A stretch of DNA of 64,000 nucleotides from Utricularia gibba (taxonomy: Eukaryota > Plantae > Magnoliophyta). The notes beneath the pieces were generated by a model. The model had not been told where the DNA came from, ran no database searches, and was given only the letters and a program-made list of their open reading frames with translations. The position numbers were made by a program, and so were the translations under genes. Where the stretch lies: NCBI GenBank assembly GCA_002189035.1, contig CM007991.1, positions 744,001 to 808,000 on the forward strand, read 5' to 3'. This document shows positions 36,034-51,700 of this stretch, piece by piece. How positions within the stretch are numbered: the first letter of the stretch is position 1; every line of letters starts with the position of its first letter.

Positions 36034-37775
36034 TCAGCACTCACTGGCTTCAAGTTCCAGTTGGTGCTGTGCCATCGCCACCCTTGAGAGATCCAATTTG
36101 AGAGCCTCGAATTCCGGCGCTTCTCGCTCCTCCTTCGACAGCCATGACGACAAAAAATGGTTCATCAACTCACTAGAGCAACTGCTGATCACCAAGGTCT
36201 TGGCATTGGCCTGGTTGATGATTCGTTGCAACGCCTGGTTCGACGGGTCCCTGACATAGCTCTGTAAGATGCTTAGGATTGCTTTGCACCAAATCGGCCT
36301 AGCCACTTTGAGGAATTCATGCACCACCAACAGAGGAAGACTGGTACTCCCCAGCTCAGATTCATGTGATCCTCCTCTCCCATGGTAGTCTGATCCTCCC
36401 AGCTTAAGAAGGCTCTGCCCATCTGCTAGATCACTATACACTGCAACAAGAACCCAAGTAACCAACCACCCTTGGCAAAACACACCTATCCGAAAATCTA
36501 GCGAAAGCGCGGTTATGCGAAAATCCGAAACCATCTCCCTAGCAAAATCAGTAGCAATATTGTAACCAAAGGGAAGTGCAGCTGCCAACCTGAGAGCTTT
36601 CCATCGCTTCTGTAAACCTCCACACCATGTAATCCTACTTCTTTCAGTTTTCTTATTACAGAAGATGGGCATTTGAGCGCCCATGGATGAGCCAGAACCG
36701 CAATGCCGCCGGTTTCAAGGATTAGTTTTACGGTGTCCTCTGCAGTAGGCTCACTTCCCCTAGCAACAATATGATACAAATGCTAGGCCACTACCAATTT
36801 GCATATGAGAAGGTGTAAACAAGGGAAGCTTTACCTAGAGTATGCCGGTCCATCGTCGTAAAGGTAGCGCGAAAAGGCCTGTTTCAGGTTTTCAACATGT
36901 CCAGCTTCTAACATGGCGCGTGCAATATGTAACCTCCCTGGAGCTACTCCTTTTCCAGCAATCCTTGCAACATTCTCCCATTTGATAGGTAGTTTGAGTT
37001 TGTTCAGTTTGGAGACGATGTTCTTTGCCCGCAGAAACCTGCCTTCTCGAATGCTCTTCAAAAAGACATCCAATTCTGAGGAATTCGTGGGACCAAAGCC
37101 ACTGTAATATGCGAGGATGTGAACAGGTTCTTCGATTCCTGACTCCTCTCTACCCAGTTTTGAGACAATCAGTATGCTAATCAGGATTGAAACAAACAGG
37201 AAACGGGAAACAAGAAGTGACCTTGAGTGAAAAATTGCACTGATTTCTACACCAGGAATGATCTTGATCCCATATCTGCGAGCAGCTTCCATGGCTTCTG
37301 GTATCCCAGCCATCGTATCGTGATCTGTCAAAGCAAGAACTTTCACCTGTAACATTTGTACAATCAATCCCTTTCAATTTTACATTCACCGGGTAACTTC
37401 TCATGAACTAAATGACACGAGATTCTTGATACCAACAGAAATTGTGAGTGAAACGCAGGCACTTACCCCTTTATTATGCGCTCTTTCGACAAGCTTTGCA
37501 GGGGACAGGAAGCCATCGCTGCACGTAGAATGAGAGTGAAGCTCGAAGCGAAGCTTCTCCTTGGGGTAATACCATTGGACCCCAAAATCATCCAAAAAGG
37601 CGTCCACGAAACTAATCGTGTTCCGGAGATCATTGGACCGATCTGAGAAAACCCACTCGCTGACAGCCTTGTAAGCGAGTGTTTGCTCATGGGTCATCTT
37701 CCTCTTCGCACCGCCGCGCTTCTTTTTCTTTTTTTTGGCACCGGGTTTTCTGGGGATTTCGCCATCGCCGCCCAT
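36034..37775 (-). CDS. PHP-domain phosphoesterase (TrpH / 3',5'-nucleoside bisphosphate phosphatase-like)
   Basis: Metal-binding motifs FELHSHSTCSDG, LALTDHDT, IPGVEIS, PVHILAYY, PGRLH, VLAHPW, GGSDYHG. Confidence 0.92.
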
Positions 37776-38758
37776 CTGTTGCAAGGGCTATAACCCCAAG
37801 GAGGGGCAACTGATGTCTGAATAAAAAAGCGGATTCACTGTTGCTCTCCTCTGTCTGCTGTATTTATGGAAAACCCATGATCCCGTGGAACATACAAGGC
37901 AGAAAAAGCAACAAAATTGCCTCTTTCGTCTTCTCCCTAGGACTCAAACGCAGAAATCGGGTCGGGTTGGGCCGCATTGATAGGAAATTTTTACCGTGGG
38001 AGTTTTTGAATGTTACCGGGGATATTTACCCCATGGGGCTTGCTGGAGTCCCCTGTTTGATCCGTCAGAGATGCTTGAGACCTGTCACTGTATCCATTCT
38101 GAATCTGAGGGCAGGGCAGAGGAAATAGCAATAGAAATAGCATCAAAGTCATGTCATGTCACTGTTATGCTCGAATTGGTGGCGATGGAAATAGCAATAG
38201 AAGATGCAAACAATTTGGCATTAACCCCTCTTTGCTGATCCCATCTCAGCCATTTGGGAGCTCTAGTCTCAACCCCCTTGGGATAGAACACTAACAATGA
38301 TGCTCCTTTTTCTATTTTCAGTAGTTGTAAGCACATGCTAGAGATTGAATGCCTGACCATTCTCTTTTCTTTTGGAATCACTCAGTTGATTAGAGTCCCA
38401 GTGTTCTGAGATTGTTTAGGCAATTAGGACACTGATGATACCAGATTTATGGGATTCAGAACTCACCAAATTTTGTGTGTCTGCCGCTGCTCTGCCTGCA
38501 GCAACCTTTGCCTGCAAAGTCAAATTTACAAACCAAATGGGTAGAAGTCTTCAGAAGCATTTCTATGTTTTTTTTTGTCGCATAGGACAAGAAAGAAGTC
38601 ATACGTCCAATTCAAGAGATTCAGAGCGGCTACTCGTTCCTTTTACCAATCATCCCACCCCTGCAACCACTCTTTTTGAGCCACAAATCCAATGTTCTCT
38701 AACACAACTTGCTTTGAGTTTTTACCACAGGATACGTCCCATCTCTGGACGTCCTCTG

Positions 38759-38778
38759 TATCATCATCATCATCATCA
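38759..38778 (+). repeat. (CAT)n microsatellite
   Basis: About 6 units, read directly. Confidence 0.85.
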
Positions 38779-39668
38779 CTGTCCTTCAGGTTACAAGAGA
38801 TTTCTCACAAACGAGGCCCCAGCTGCCCTGGCCTCATTGCCAACCAGTGTACGACGGCATAAAGATCAACATGATGAGCTGGTTGTTGGGTTGGAGTTCC
38901 TGCAGCAAATAAGATGAAACAAAGAAAGCTTGAGGCGTGTGTGGATCGCACTGCCCTTAAGAGATTATTTCAAGACCAATCAAGTAATCTCCCAGGGTTC
39001 AACAAGCTCTTCAACTCACTAGTTGGAATCAGGAGAAATGAAACATTTATAGAAAGATAAGAAACCATCTACTGCACTCAAAGAGTCACAACTCTTCGTG
39101 TGCCTAAAGGTTTTAAACCTCTCAATGAATGTTAAGGTATCCCAAAGGTCTCATTTATAACATTCAAACTGTTACACATGATTAGTATTCCAATGGAATT
39201 GCTATAAACCCTAACACTGGTCAAATCTGGATGTGTCAATCCAACACAGATCAACAATCCAGAGAAGTTGTGTTGTTTTTCTGCTTTCTTCAAGGGGTAT
39301 GGATGCACCTTTTTTTTTTCTCGAAAAGTAAAGATTATTATCAAAAGCTAATCCGGTGGACTCCTTGAAGAATCCGCCAATAAAACCATAAACTTTAATG
39401 CTTGCTGATACAATACATAAACTTTGACTACCACACGACATGGGTACTCACAATTGTAACAATTCTTTGGTGCAATCATAAGTTTTTTTTCCTGAATCTT
39501 TCTTGCAAGTAGTGCTTAACATAAAGTAAACAAACAGTTGAAAAGGAGGAAATTCAAATCATAAAAATCAATCAAGCAGACCCAAAAAAGGAAAAGAAAA
39601 GAATGCTGGGCTTGTACACGAGGACTTATGCAATGACAAATAAACAGCATGGTATTCAAATCACAATC

Positions 39669-41134
<1,466 letters not shown>

Positions 41135-42591
41135 CTCCTTATCTTACCTGAAGTAAAAAATAAATAAATAAAGAACAAAAAGAAAACACACACATACGAA
41201 CAATTCCCATTTTCCATCCTTCATAACAGTAACCAAAAGCAAGCATACGTTCATTTAAATCGTACTTGTAGTTTCCCCTATAAACGCCAAATGACAACCA
41301 TGATCTAAGCTATGAACACTGACACAATCTTCCACGTGCATCCAAATATTCAAACACAAGCAAGCACAACAAGATAGATCCAAGATAGTCGACGACAAAC
41401 AACGTAACTCCCCAACAGATTCATGAAAAACTGAGACAAAAAACGAAGATCAAAATGCGTACCTGGTAAACTCAACAACCGATCAGCCTCCGGAAACCCC
41501 TTGGCACACACACACTCACAAAAACTTTTTACGTTGGAGACTGGTGCGAAGTTGGTTCTCCGGTGGACCTGAAAACGATAAAATGAATGCTGGTGGAGGC
41601 GCCATAGCCTCTACCTGGTTTAAAATACCATTGAAAAATGGACGCTTTTTCTGAAATGCTAATGAAATTGAAACTCAAATTCATGATTCAAGACCCAGTG
41701 ACCGTTGGATAAGTACGTTACTAAATCGGACGGTGGAAGTTGCATGGACAGCCTCACATTCATCCAAGTGTTGGAAATTGGCTTTAAACCTTTTGAGGTC
41801 ACCCCCATGTGACAATGTGACCATCTTTTAATTCCCTTTTTTCCTAAGTCAATTATTGCCAACTCCTATTCTTAATTAATGCATTGTTTCTTTAAAAGAA
41901 AGTGTAATTTTTCATAATGGACTAGCTGTGAGGCCCAATGTATGTATTTGAACCCGATCCATTTAAAATTATTGGGCCAGAGGCCCTAAATTTCAGCCTG
42001 TTTAGAGGCCCAAAAATCAAGATGTTCATTTTTGCTTTGTTTTGACTGGTTCAGTGACGGCACTTTCAATGCAAAGCGCACCCCCCCGCCTGTAGCCATA
42101 TTGTTTTCATCGAAGCTCTTTATATTCTCTACTTCTGTGATCCGCACTACTCAGGAGCTTGCAATTTCTAGAAAGGTGAGTTTTCGACAGCCTTAACTTG
42201 ATTCTGGTTCTGAACTGTGTGATCTTAGAGAATGTGGTTAAGGAAGAGCGATTTGATCGCTTTGTTTCAAAGTAGCTTTGCATTTCGAGAATTTTTTGAA
42301 GTTCAAGTGCATGAGCTTTTGGAGGTGCTAAATATGTGACCATTGCTTGAATGTGTGTTGTACCGGCTTTTATGGCTTGTTGCAGCTCCTCTTGCGGATC
42401 TTCGCTGACAGAAGAAATTAGAAATGTGTTTTTTTAGGAGATTGCGCTTCCATTGAATCTGTTATACGCTGGGTTGTCTAGAATGTGCAAATAGGTGTTC
42501 AGTATTTTCCAGGGGCAATCACAAGGGATTTGATCTTGAATTTTTGGTGTTCAGCGCATCAGCAGCAAATTTTGAGCGTACCATGTTGCTC

Positions 42592-42593
<2 letters not shown>

Positions 42594-42622
<29 letters not shown>
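42594..42622 (+). repeat. T29 homopolymer in the ENR 5' UTR intron
   Basis: Read directly from the sequence. Confidence 0.9.
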
Positions 42623-42715
42623 CTGGAAAAAAAATGGGTTGCTTACATGCACCATAAAGTGTGTTGCTCAATTTGATTTCTGTAACATGCAGAACGTCTT
42701 CTTTCTTGGACGAAT

Positions 42716-45079
42716 ATGGCTACATCTGCAACCCAGTGTACTCAGAGTATCTGCGCAAGGCCTCGCGTCTCAGCATCTAATACACTTTTAAGATCTAGAT
42801 TTGCATATTTTCCGAGTGAAGCAAAAGGCTCTTTCCTGGAAAAGTTGAGAGGCTCATCTTCACTGACTGTCAGCCGATTATCGCCCATTAGCGGCTATAT
42901 CTGCACTCCATCAAAATCCAACCAACATGTTATAAGAGCAACTTCAGAAGTAGTTGATAACCAACCTTTTCCAGGATTATCCGTTGATTTGAGAGGTGAG
43001 GGTTTTCCCTGCGCCTAGCTAGAAGACTACTCAATACTGCTTGTGCTGCCACTTTTCGTAGAATTAAATGTTTTTCAATTATCTTGCAATATGATAGGAA
43101 AAAGAGCATTCATTGCTGGCGTTGCTGATGATAATGGTTACGGGTGGGCGATAGCAAAAGCCCTTGCGGCTGCAGGTGCTGAAATTCTTGTTGGTACATG
43201 GGTACCCGTATGTCTGCTGACCCATTTACATATTGACTTGGATTCCTTAGATTCTGCTGCATTCCTCCTAATAGTAAGGTCATCTTTCAGGCACTAAATA
43301 TTTTTGAATCAAGCCTGCGGCGTGGAAAGTTCGATGATTCACGCAAGTGAGAGATAACATTTGTACCAATTCAATTTATATCTGCATTGATTCGTTTACA
43401 TATAGGTAACTAATTAGGGATTCGTTGTTGTAGGTTGCCTGATGGTTCTTTGATGGAAATAACGAAGGTCTACCCATTGGATGCTATCTATGACAACCCT
43501 GAAGATGTTCCCGAAGATGTGAGTGGTTAGGTGAAACTTCGTTAGCTATATTTGCTTCTTTCTAATCAGCTTTTGGTATGCAGGTCAAAACAAATAAAAG
43601 ATATGCAGGATCATCAAACTGGACTGTGAAGGTTTAAATCTATGCACTTCATTCTCGCTTCCGAATATTACCCAATGCAAAATGAACACTTAAGTAGACA
43701 GCCATCTGTGTATTCTTTGGCCATTGCATGATCCTTGAGTTGTCAGTATTTCCTAATGGAAAAAACAATTCAATGAAAATTGTAACTGATCCATGCTGTG
43801 ACTGATGATATTTCACTTCCTACATGCAAGTGGAAGAAGCTTTAGATTTTACATTGCCTCGTGTAAATTTGAATCTAGATTCTCTAGATGCTATTCTTAT
43901 CAGTACTTCTGCAGGAAGTTGCTGAATCAGTAAAAAAGGATTTTGGTACCATTGACATACTTGTGCACTCACTTGCCAATGGGCCCGAGGTTGGCAGAGT
44001 TTGCTTTCTCTTCTAAGTATTGCATTCTTGTTCGAAAATCTGGTTTTCTTCACTTTTCTGGTGCCTGCAGGTAACTAAGCCTCTTCTGGAGACTTCTAGA
44101 AACGGTTATCTTGCAGCCATTTCAGCATCAAGTTTCTCATTTGTCTCTCTTCTTAAGCATTTTCTTCCACTTATAAATCCAGGTTGGTGCACCATTCTCT
44201 ATTGTTAGCCACACAAACAACAAATAATAGGAAACACGATGAAAACAGAATATTCTAGACTTAAAAAATTCCACCATTATTTTTCATCGCTCCTTGTTGA
44301 CAGGTGGTGCCACAATTTCTCTGACCTACATTGCTTCAGAAAAGATAATTCCAGGGTAAATACAGCATTGTTTTTATCAGAATCCAAGTGCCGTTTCCAC
44401 CTTAATTTTCTGAGTGACTTCCATCCTGCAGATATGGTGGAGGCATGAGTTCAGCCAAGGCCGCTCTCGAGAGTGATACTAGAGTGAGCTTTCCTGGCAC
44501 CAGAATCCAAGTGTCGTTTCTACCTTAGTTTTCTGACAAATATCACATTTATCCTCAATTAAGGTTCTAGCATTTGAAGCCGGAAGGAAGTACAACGTCA
44601 GAGTTAACACCATATCTGCAGGTACTTGGCATTAACTTCAACCAGAGTTTCGTTTTGTTGACAGTACATTGTTCTTATGAGAAAAATACATCTGCAATGC
44701 AGGCCCATTAAGAAGTCGTGCTGCTAAAGCCATTGGCTTCATCGATATGATGATCGACTACTCCCTGGAGAACGCACCTATGCAGAAAGAGCTAACAGCT
44801 GGTGAGTTTCAATGCATCCTTCAACTTTCCATCTGTTCCTGGCTTCTGGTAACACAGAATGGACCCATTTTCTAATGCTTGATGATCAATGCACCTAAAT
44901 AGTAGCGATGAACGTGACATTTTGCTAAACTGTGAACAGAGGAGGTTGGAAACGCTGCTGCTTTTCTAGCATCTCCATTGGCTTCAGCCATCACCGGAGC
45001 AGTGATCTACGTTGACAATGGTCTCAATGCAATGGGCGTTGGAGTTGACAGCCCCGCATTCCAGCCCCAGACGGTTTAA
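42716..45079 (+). CDS. MOD1: Plastid enoyl-ACP reductase (FabI/MOD1), 12 coding exons
   Basis: Transit peptide; [21 protein letters not shown]; HSLANGPE; [15 protein letters not shown]; [14 protein letters not shown]; [11 protein letters not shown]. Phases consistent. Confidence 0.96.
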
Positions 45080-45716
45080 TACCTCCTCTATTTGTGTGCA
45101 AGCGAAGTTGTTGTAGTTAACATTTTTGTTGTAATTTGAGGTGAACTCTGGGAACCCAGGAATAAGGATATGTTTCACTTGCTCTGGTATGCGAAGCAGC
45201 GATCACTTTCTCTATGATCCAAGTTCATCATCTCTTCCTCTACCGACCACAACCACTGACTTTCTTTTCTTTGCAATCACAAGCCAGTACTGTCAAAAGT
45301 CTAATCCTGTGGCGGTGCAAGCAATTGCATTGGACACATGAATGAAAGAATGACAAGAATCATCCACACAAAAATTCCATCCAACCCATGCTTATGCTTC
45401 CCACCTTTCTACCCATCCCAATTGAAAAAAGAAATAAGATGAAAAAAAAACCTCTTCTCTTCTACTCGTCCCTTCTGAAGCGTGGTGGCTCTTGTGGGTC
45501 TGAGAAAATACAGTTGTTTTGCCGCCGGACTCATTGATTCGCCACAAGTATTCCTGCTATGCATCCCCGACAGCACAGCTACTGCGTCCCAGCCGTGTCA
45601 CTTGATAAACAGATGGTGAATGATCTGGGACTGCTGAGATGCAGGCTTTCAAAAAATACATTTAGCTGTAAGGTTCAATCACCAGAGCAGCTTCACGCCT
45701 GTCTCAAATGCGATGT

Positions 45717-48700
45717 CTAGCCAATATCCATGAATTCCGTTCCCAGGTCTGGTGAAAATTGAAATGGCGTTGTACCAGGGAACGCCCAGAAAGAAATCTC
45801 CCCGTCCATAGTGAGAAGACTATTGTTAACGATGTCAGAAGCCCCAGCTTCAGAAATGCAGGATGGGGATTCATCAAACCAAATGCTAGGCTCAGTTGGC
45901 GCTGCTGAAGGCTGATGAAATGGTTCACTTGAAGTTGGAGAGATAACTTCGGAATGATCCTTGCTAGTTCTCCTTGACTTCAACTTACAAGGCCTTGATG
46001 AGTCGTGAACTGGAAGTTTCTGTTTCTCGGACTGTTCGCTTTGAGGTTTAGGCTCATTAATAGCGAAAATTCGAGATTCCTCGCCAAATAGACTGTATCC
46101 AACATTTGGCACAGATGCATCCCTATGAAGTGAAAACGCACAAGAGTGATTACCAACCGGAAAATAGAAGTCTTGGAAAGAGTAGAATACAAACTGATAA
46201 ACAAAAGACATAGGAAAGGAGGCCAACCTGAACTGGGAGCGGGTAGATTTTAAATGGTTCTCATTCCCAACAAGAAGAGTTGAAGGTAGATCAGAGTCTG
46301 GGCCATGAATTGAAACATTAACTGCAGAGGGAAGTGAGAGAAAATCGTCATCTTTCTCGCCTGAATTTCAAGTACAACATCCAACTGATCCTTCCGACCA
46401 ATTGTGTCATTCTGACAGACGATGGCTGATCTGTTAGCAGTTGGAGGATTGGCCTGATGAACATTCAGCGCAGCAGCTACCAACTTCCCACATTGTCGCA
46501 AATTGGTAAATTCCAATCTTACGGGAAACTTTTTCCCATCAGATTGTCCCTTGTTCGCATGGGGCACCTTCGTCCAGCAGCTTTCTGGCTGCAGAGGGGC
46601 TCTCCGAGCAGCAGATAGCACTGCAAGGAAATGAGTCTGGAGTAGAGGTTCCGAATCCGACATTCCAGAAGCAATCCCAAGCAACACCCGTAAATCATCC
46701 TAATGAAAAAAACAGGAATCAGTTAGTAGATGGGACTTCCAACGGTAGAATCCACTTGGAGAGACAATTAGCAATTTACGCTCAGAGCAATCAAGGCATT
46801 TATCAAGCTGACCATCAAAAGCAGAGGCAACTTTCAAAAATAAATTATCTGCTCTTATTCAATATGAGAGATCCAGATCAAAGCCCTAACGACGTACTTT
46901 TATGGCCTTCAGAAAAATCAGTAGAAAGAACAACAGAAAAACATCCATTGAAATGCAATGCACCTTGTTTCTAGCAATACAAAAAGCTAATAGATCAATT
47001 CACATGTAACTAATATTCCGGTAAGAATAAACGAGCAATAGAACAAAAGGCAGACACGAAATTCTACCCTTGAATTCTTTCAAAAGACGTAATGTTACAC
47101 CTAAAAATCTCACGAAAACTAACAGATTATGTTAAACAGAGGGCTTATTTTAAATTGCATTCCGTCTGATTAACAGTGCGCATAGCAATCTTAATGATAA
47201 GCTTCTATCAACCGAACATACCTCCTTAACTTTAAGCATGGTCTTTCCAGAACCAGCAACATTTTTTTCATGAGTAGCATCACCACTTGACAAAATATAT
47301 CTTTGGGTTAGATCCCTGAATCTCTCAGAACATTGAACAGGATGATGGAATCTGCCACGATAAGAACCACCAGCAGCCCACCCATACAGGACATCACTAG
47401 CCAAGCTCCAATTCGGACCATACTCATGGACAATAGCACATAATATGGCATCTTCTGTTGGAGACCAGATATCATAGGAGAAATCCATGCAGTAGAAAGG
47501 CCCCTTCTTTCTCAGTTTCTCCATCTTAATTGTGAACAATATTTTTGGTGGCACCATGGAAATGGACAGTTTTCCTTGAGTTTTATTCCGATTAAGATAC
47601 TTATAGCCAAGATCATCAATCCCATCATCACAAAGCTTCAAATTATCCTCATGGTTCCTGCTATATTGCTTAGCGTGCATTGCCATCTGCCCTAGACCAG
47701 AAGTTCTCACCCTTTTCAGCTTTCGGGAGCTCCCATGCTCATCATCATCTGAAGTAGGACGCTTTTTCTCCTGTGCAGAGCATGGAGATAAAGTACTAGA
47801 GGAAGTCATAATTTCATCATAGATAATGTCATCATCCATCCACATTGGTTCGGCATATTCATCTTCCCTTGTATATGTGGATTTAGAAACAAAATTTCCT
47901 TTCTTTAACGATTTGAACTTGGTCTTTTTGCCTTTCTTCTTAGACTTAGGCTTTGGAATCACGTCCACATCATTCCTGCAATATATTTTTTTATTGAAAA
48001 ATTGTAAGCCTGTAACTTTAGCATGGCAGTAGGAAAACCATAATTAAACACATCCAAACAAAAGCATAACCTACTTCAATAAAACATGTGGCAACAGGTT
48101 CACAAACCACGACCAATTTTAAATGATAAATACACAGCTATCTATTAATAAGGTCAGAATTTCAAATCATACATTTCAGCGAGGAACTTCACTTTGACAT
48201 AATGTTACAGAAAAATCCACACAATTACTGACGAGACATAGAGATAAACTCCAGAAAAACAAGCATATCATGGTGAATAATTGGAAAACTTCACAGGAGT
48301 ATTGACTTTGTACAAAAATTACCAGGGAGAATCCAGATTCGCAGATTCTAATGCCTCCTTTTCACGAGCTTCACGCTCCAAATCCTCTTTCATCTATCAA
48401 ACAAGAAATTATATGTCAAGAACAGTGTTCCACCAGCAAACAAATGTACCAATTGTATTGACGGAAACAATATTACATATTATGAAGAATGAGATGATAA
48501 TTTTTACCTGATGTTGGGTCAGTAGGTCAACTTGTTGCTTGTAAACTTCAGTTGCAAAATCAGCATCCCAACCTGAAAAATAAGATAAAAAACACAAACT
48601 CGACATATCATTAACAATAAGTGCTTGTTTACCCATGAAGTGCGAAGTTCTTGAAAGTATTAAAAGGTAACGAAACAGATTAAGTGGATATCAGACGCAT

Positions 48701-51700
48701 AAATAATCCCCATTTTGTAATGCATAGCAGGCAATCGACACACAAAAAGTTCCACGAGCATCATAATATTGAGTAGGCACATACTTTCATAAACCAGAGG
48801 TTCTTCATCTTCATCAATTTCAGCTTCCATCTCATCCTTCAATTTCTCAATTCGCTCCAGCTCCCATTCAGGTTCTGCAATAGCAGTGCTGCTTTCCACT
48901 GCTGCATTGCCTATGAGTGGATCCCATAACTCAAGAAAACGAAATGCATACTGATCAATAGGGCGAAGTTGATTTTCAAAAGACAACATTGCTTGTCCAG
49001 ATGCTGCAGCAGCTTCAGCCATTTGTTTGACATCAACTAACATATCTACATCTTCTTCAACATGGGAAACAGCATTCTCTTCCTTGATTGGATAATTTCC
49101 TGTGACCACAAGGCCTAAGTCTGACTTTGTATTCAAGGAGGAATGCTCAGCAGGAGTAGCAAGATTCATTTCCTCTTCATTCAGAAGCTCATCGTCATCT
49201 ATCTGTCCAACAGCTTCTTCAGTGAATTCTTGGTTATCCACTGCTTCCTCTTCTTCTACTTTCTTCAGTGCCATGTAGTCCGCCTCATCTTCAGCATTCT
49301 TCAGAGCTGCCTCCAAATCAACATTGGATAAAGCAATGCCATTGTAGTCATCAACCTTTTTATCACTAGGCATAGCTTTGTTAAGAGCTGTCTTGTGTCC
49401 TGAAAACAACTCCAGTGGATCCAGTTTCTTAAGGAATTCAGTGTTATAGCCTCCACCTTGTATAACTAAATCATCTAAAGCACGCTTCTGATTAGCCTTC
49501 TTGAGAATATTCTCTTCAATGGTGCTCTCACTAATCAATCTATAAATATGCACTTCCCGTGTCTGACCGATCCTATGACACCTGTCTTGTGCCTGCTGAT
49601 CCATGGCTGGGTTCCAGTCACTATCATAAAAAATTACAGTATCAGCACCAACTAGATTGATGCCAACACCACCACTACGTGTTGACAAGATAAAAAGAAA
49701 TATCTTTGGATTTGTATTGAACTGCTGCATCAAAGTTTGTCTCTCTTCAGGTGGCGTTGAACCATCCAAACGCATGTATGTGTAACCATACAAATTGATA
49801 AACGACTCTAAGACATCAAGCATCTTTGTCATTTGAGTAAAAATCAGTGCCCTATGGCCCTCAAATCTCAGACGTCTGAGTAGCACAGCAAGCTCTTGCA
49901 GTTTACCGCAGTCAAACTGAATGAGTCTCCGATCAGGAAAGTATACTTGCCGTCGCACAATAGCAGAACGAAATGGAGTAAAAAGGTTAGAGAACGACTG
50001 AAAGAAATAGTCTTTATCACATTGGCTAAAATATACAGGTGTCCCACCCTTGCTGCACCAACAGAGAGGGGGAGGTGCGCGTGCTGCAGGATTTGCAAAC
50101 ATGAAACTCTCAACCTCATCTGACATTTTTTTAAATCTCTCAACTGGTGAAAGTAAAACATCGGCAAGCTTGGATGAATAATCGTAAGACATGGAGTCCT
50201 TCTGAAGAGAGATATCATGAATAGGATGTCTAACTTTCACAAGTTCCCGGAGGTCAGTGGCATACAAGGGTTTTTTCTTGCACCTCAAAGTGTTCCACCA
50301 TGAAATAGCAGCCATTCGCTCCTCTGCTTCCTTTAATCTCTCTTCTGATATTGCCTTTTGAATCTCTGCGAAGATATTTGTCACAGACTTCTTCCTACTC
50401 TCAACTCCAGTGCATTTCCCTTCCTTCAAAACCACGTTCACACATTCCTTCATGAAGATTGGAGAGAGAATGCCTTGGATTTCTTCTCCTTCCCATGATG
50501 CCATTGTAAAATCAAGCTGTGTGAATACTAACCCTAAGCTTCCAAGGTTAACAGTTGAAAATGGTCTTGGAGAAAGTATTGAGCAAACCAAAGAACTCAG
50601 CTGCAGGTCAATACCTTTCATATCAAATGAGCTGACAATGGGACGGCCTTCAAATAAATCAGGATGATTGCAAACCTTGCGAAGTTGCATGATAATACTG
50701 AAGATTCCAAAAAAATTAGCACTAGCTAGAGTAGCCTGAGTTTCGGCACTAGCAATGAAGTCCTCATACAGATTCCGCTGCCTTTTTGAGAGTCTGCAAT
50801 ATATGATATGTTCATGTTTCCTAGGAAGCTGCTTCTCCACATCCCTTTTCAACCGGCGAAGTATAAAAGGACGGAGAACATTATGTAGCCGATCAACAAC
50901 ATCTTTGTTCACTCTTGCCTGTCCCTCTACCATACCAGAAATAGGATTGCAGAACCATTCCTTGAATTCTTGATGAGACTGAAACACATGCGGCATTAAA
51001 AAATGCATGAGAGACCAGAGTTCCATTAGATCATTCTGCAGAGGAGTCCCAGTCAAAAGAATGCGCCGTTTAGAGTTGAAATTAAGCAGCGTTTGCCACC
51101 TCTGTGATTTCCAATTCTTTATAAGATGAGCTTCATCCAGAATCAGGTATTTCCATTTCTTCCGTTTGAAAACTTTTGCATCTTGTATAACAAGCCTATA
51201 TGTAGTTACGCAAACATGGAAAGAGTTGGGTTTTAACCATCCCTGCCTTTTTATTCGTCGTTCCTTCGCACTCCCAAAGTATGTCAATATTTTGAATGCA
51301 GGGCACCACTTAAGAAACTCAGTCTCCCAATTCAGCATAACACTGGTTGGAACAACAATCAAATGCGGACCCCATATTCCTTTTTCACAAGCCAAGTGTG
51401 CAAGCAATGATATGGTCATGATTGTCTTCCCCAATCCCATCTCATCAGCAAGGATTCCATTCAGTCTCTTCTCATACATGGTCACCAGCCAATCCAAGCC
51501 AATATGCTGATATTCACGAAGAGGATACTTTAGAAGAAAAGGAAACTTTGTTCTTACATTGGTTGTCAAGAATGTGTTTCCAGTTGGCTGTGCTGATCTG
51601 GCCGCAACTGCAGCATCAGCAATTAAGCTCCCACCTTGAGTTTCTTCTCCTGGTTTTCTAATACAAACATCATCGCCTTCTTCAGAATAACAGCATGTAT

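Noticed and set aside
38256-38265. GGGAGCTCTA matching the miR159 3' end
   Set aside because: Only 10 nt match and there is no precursor hairpin.
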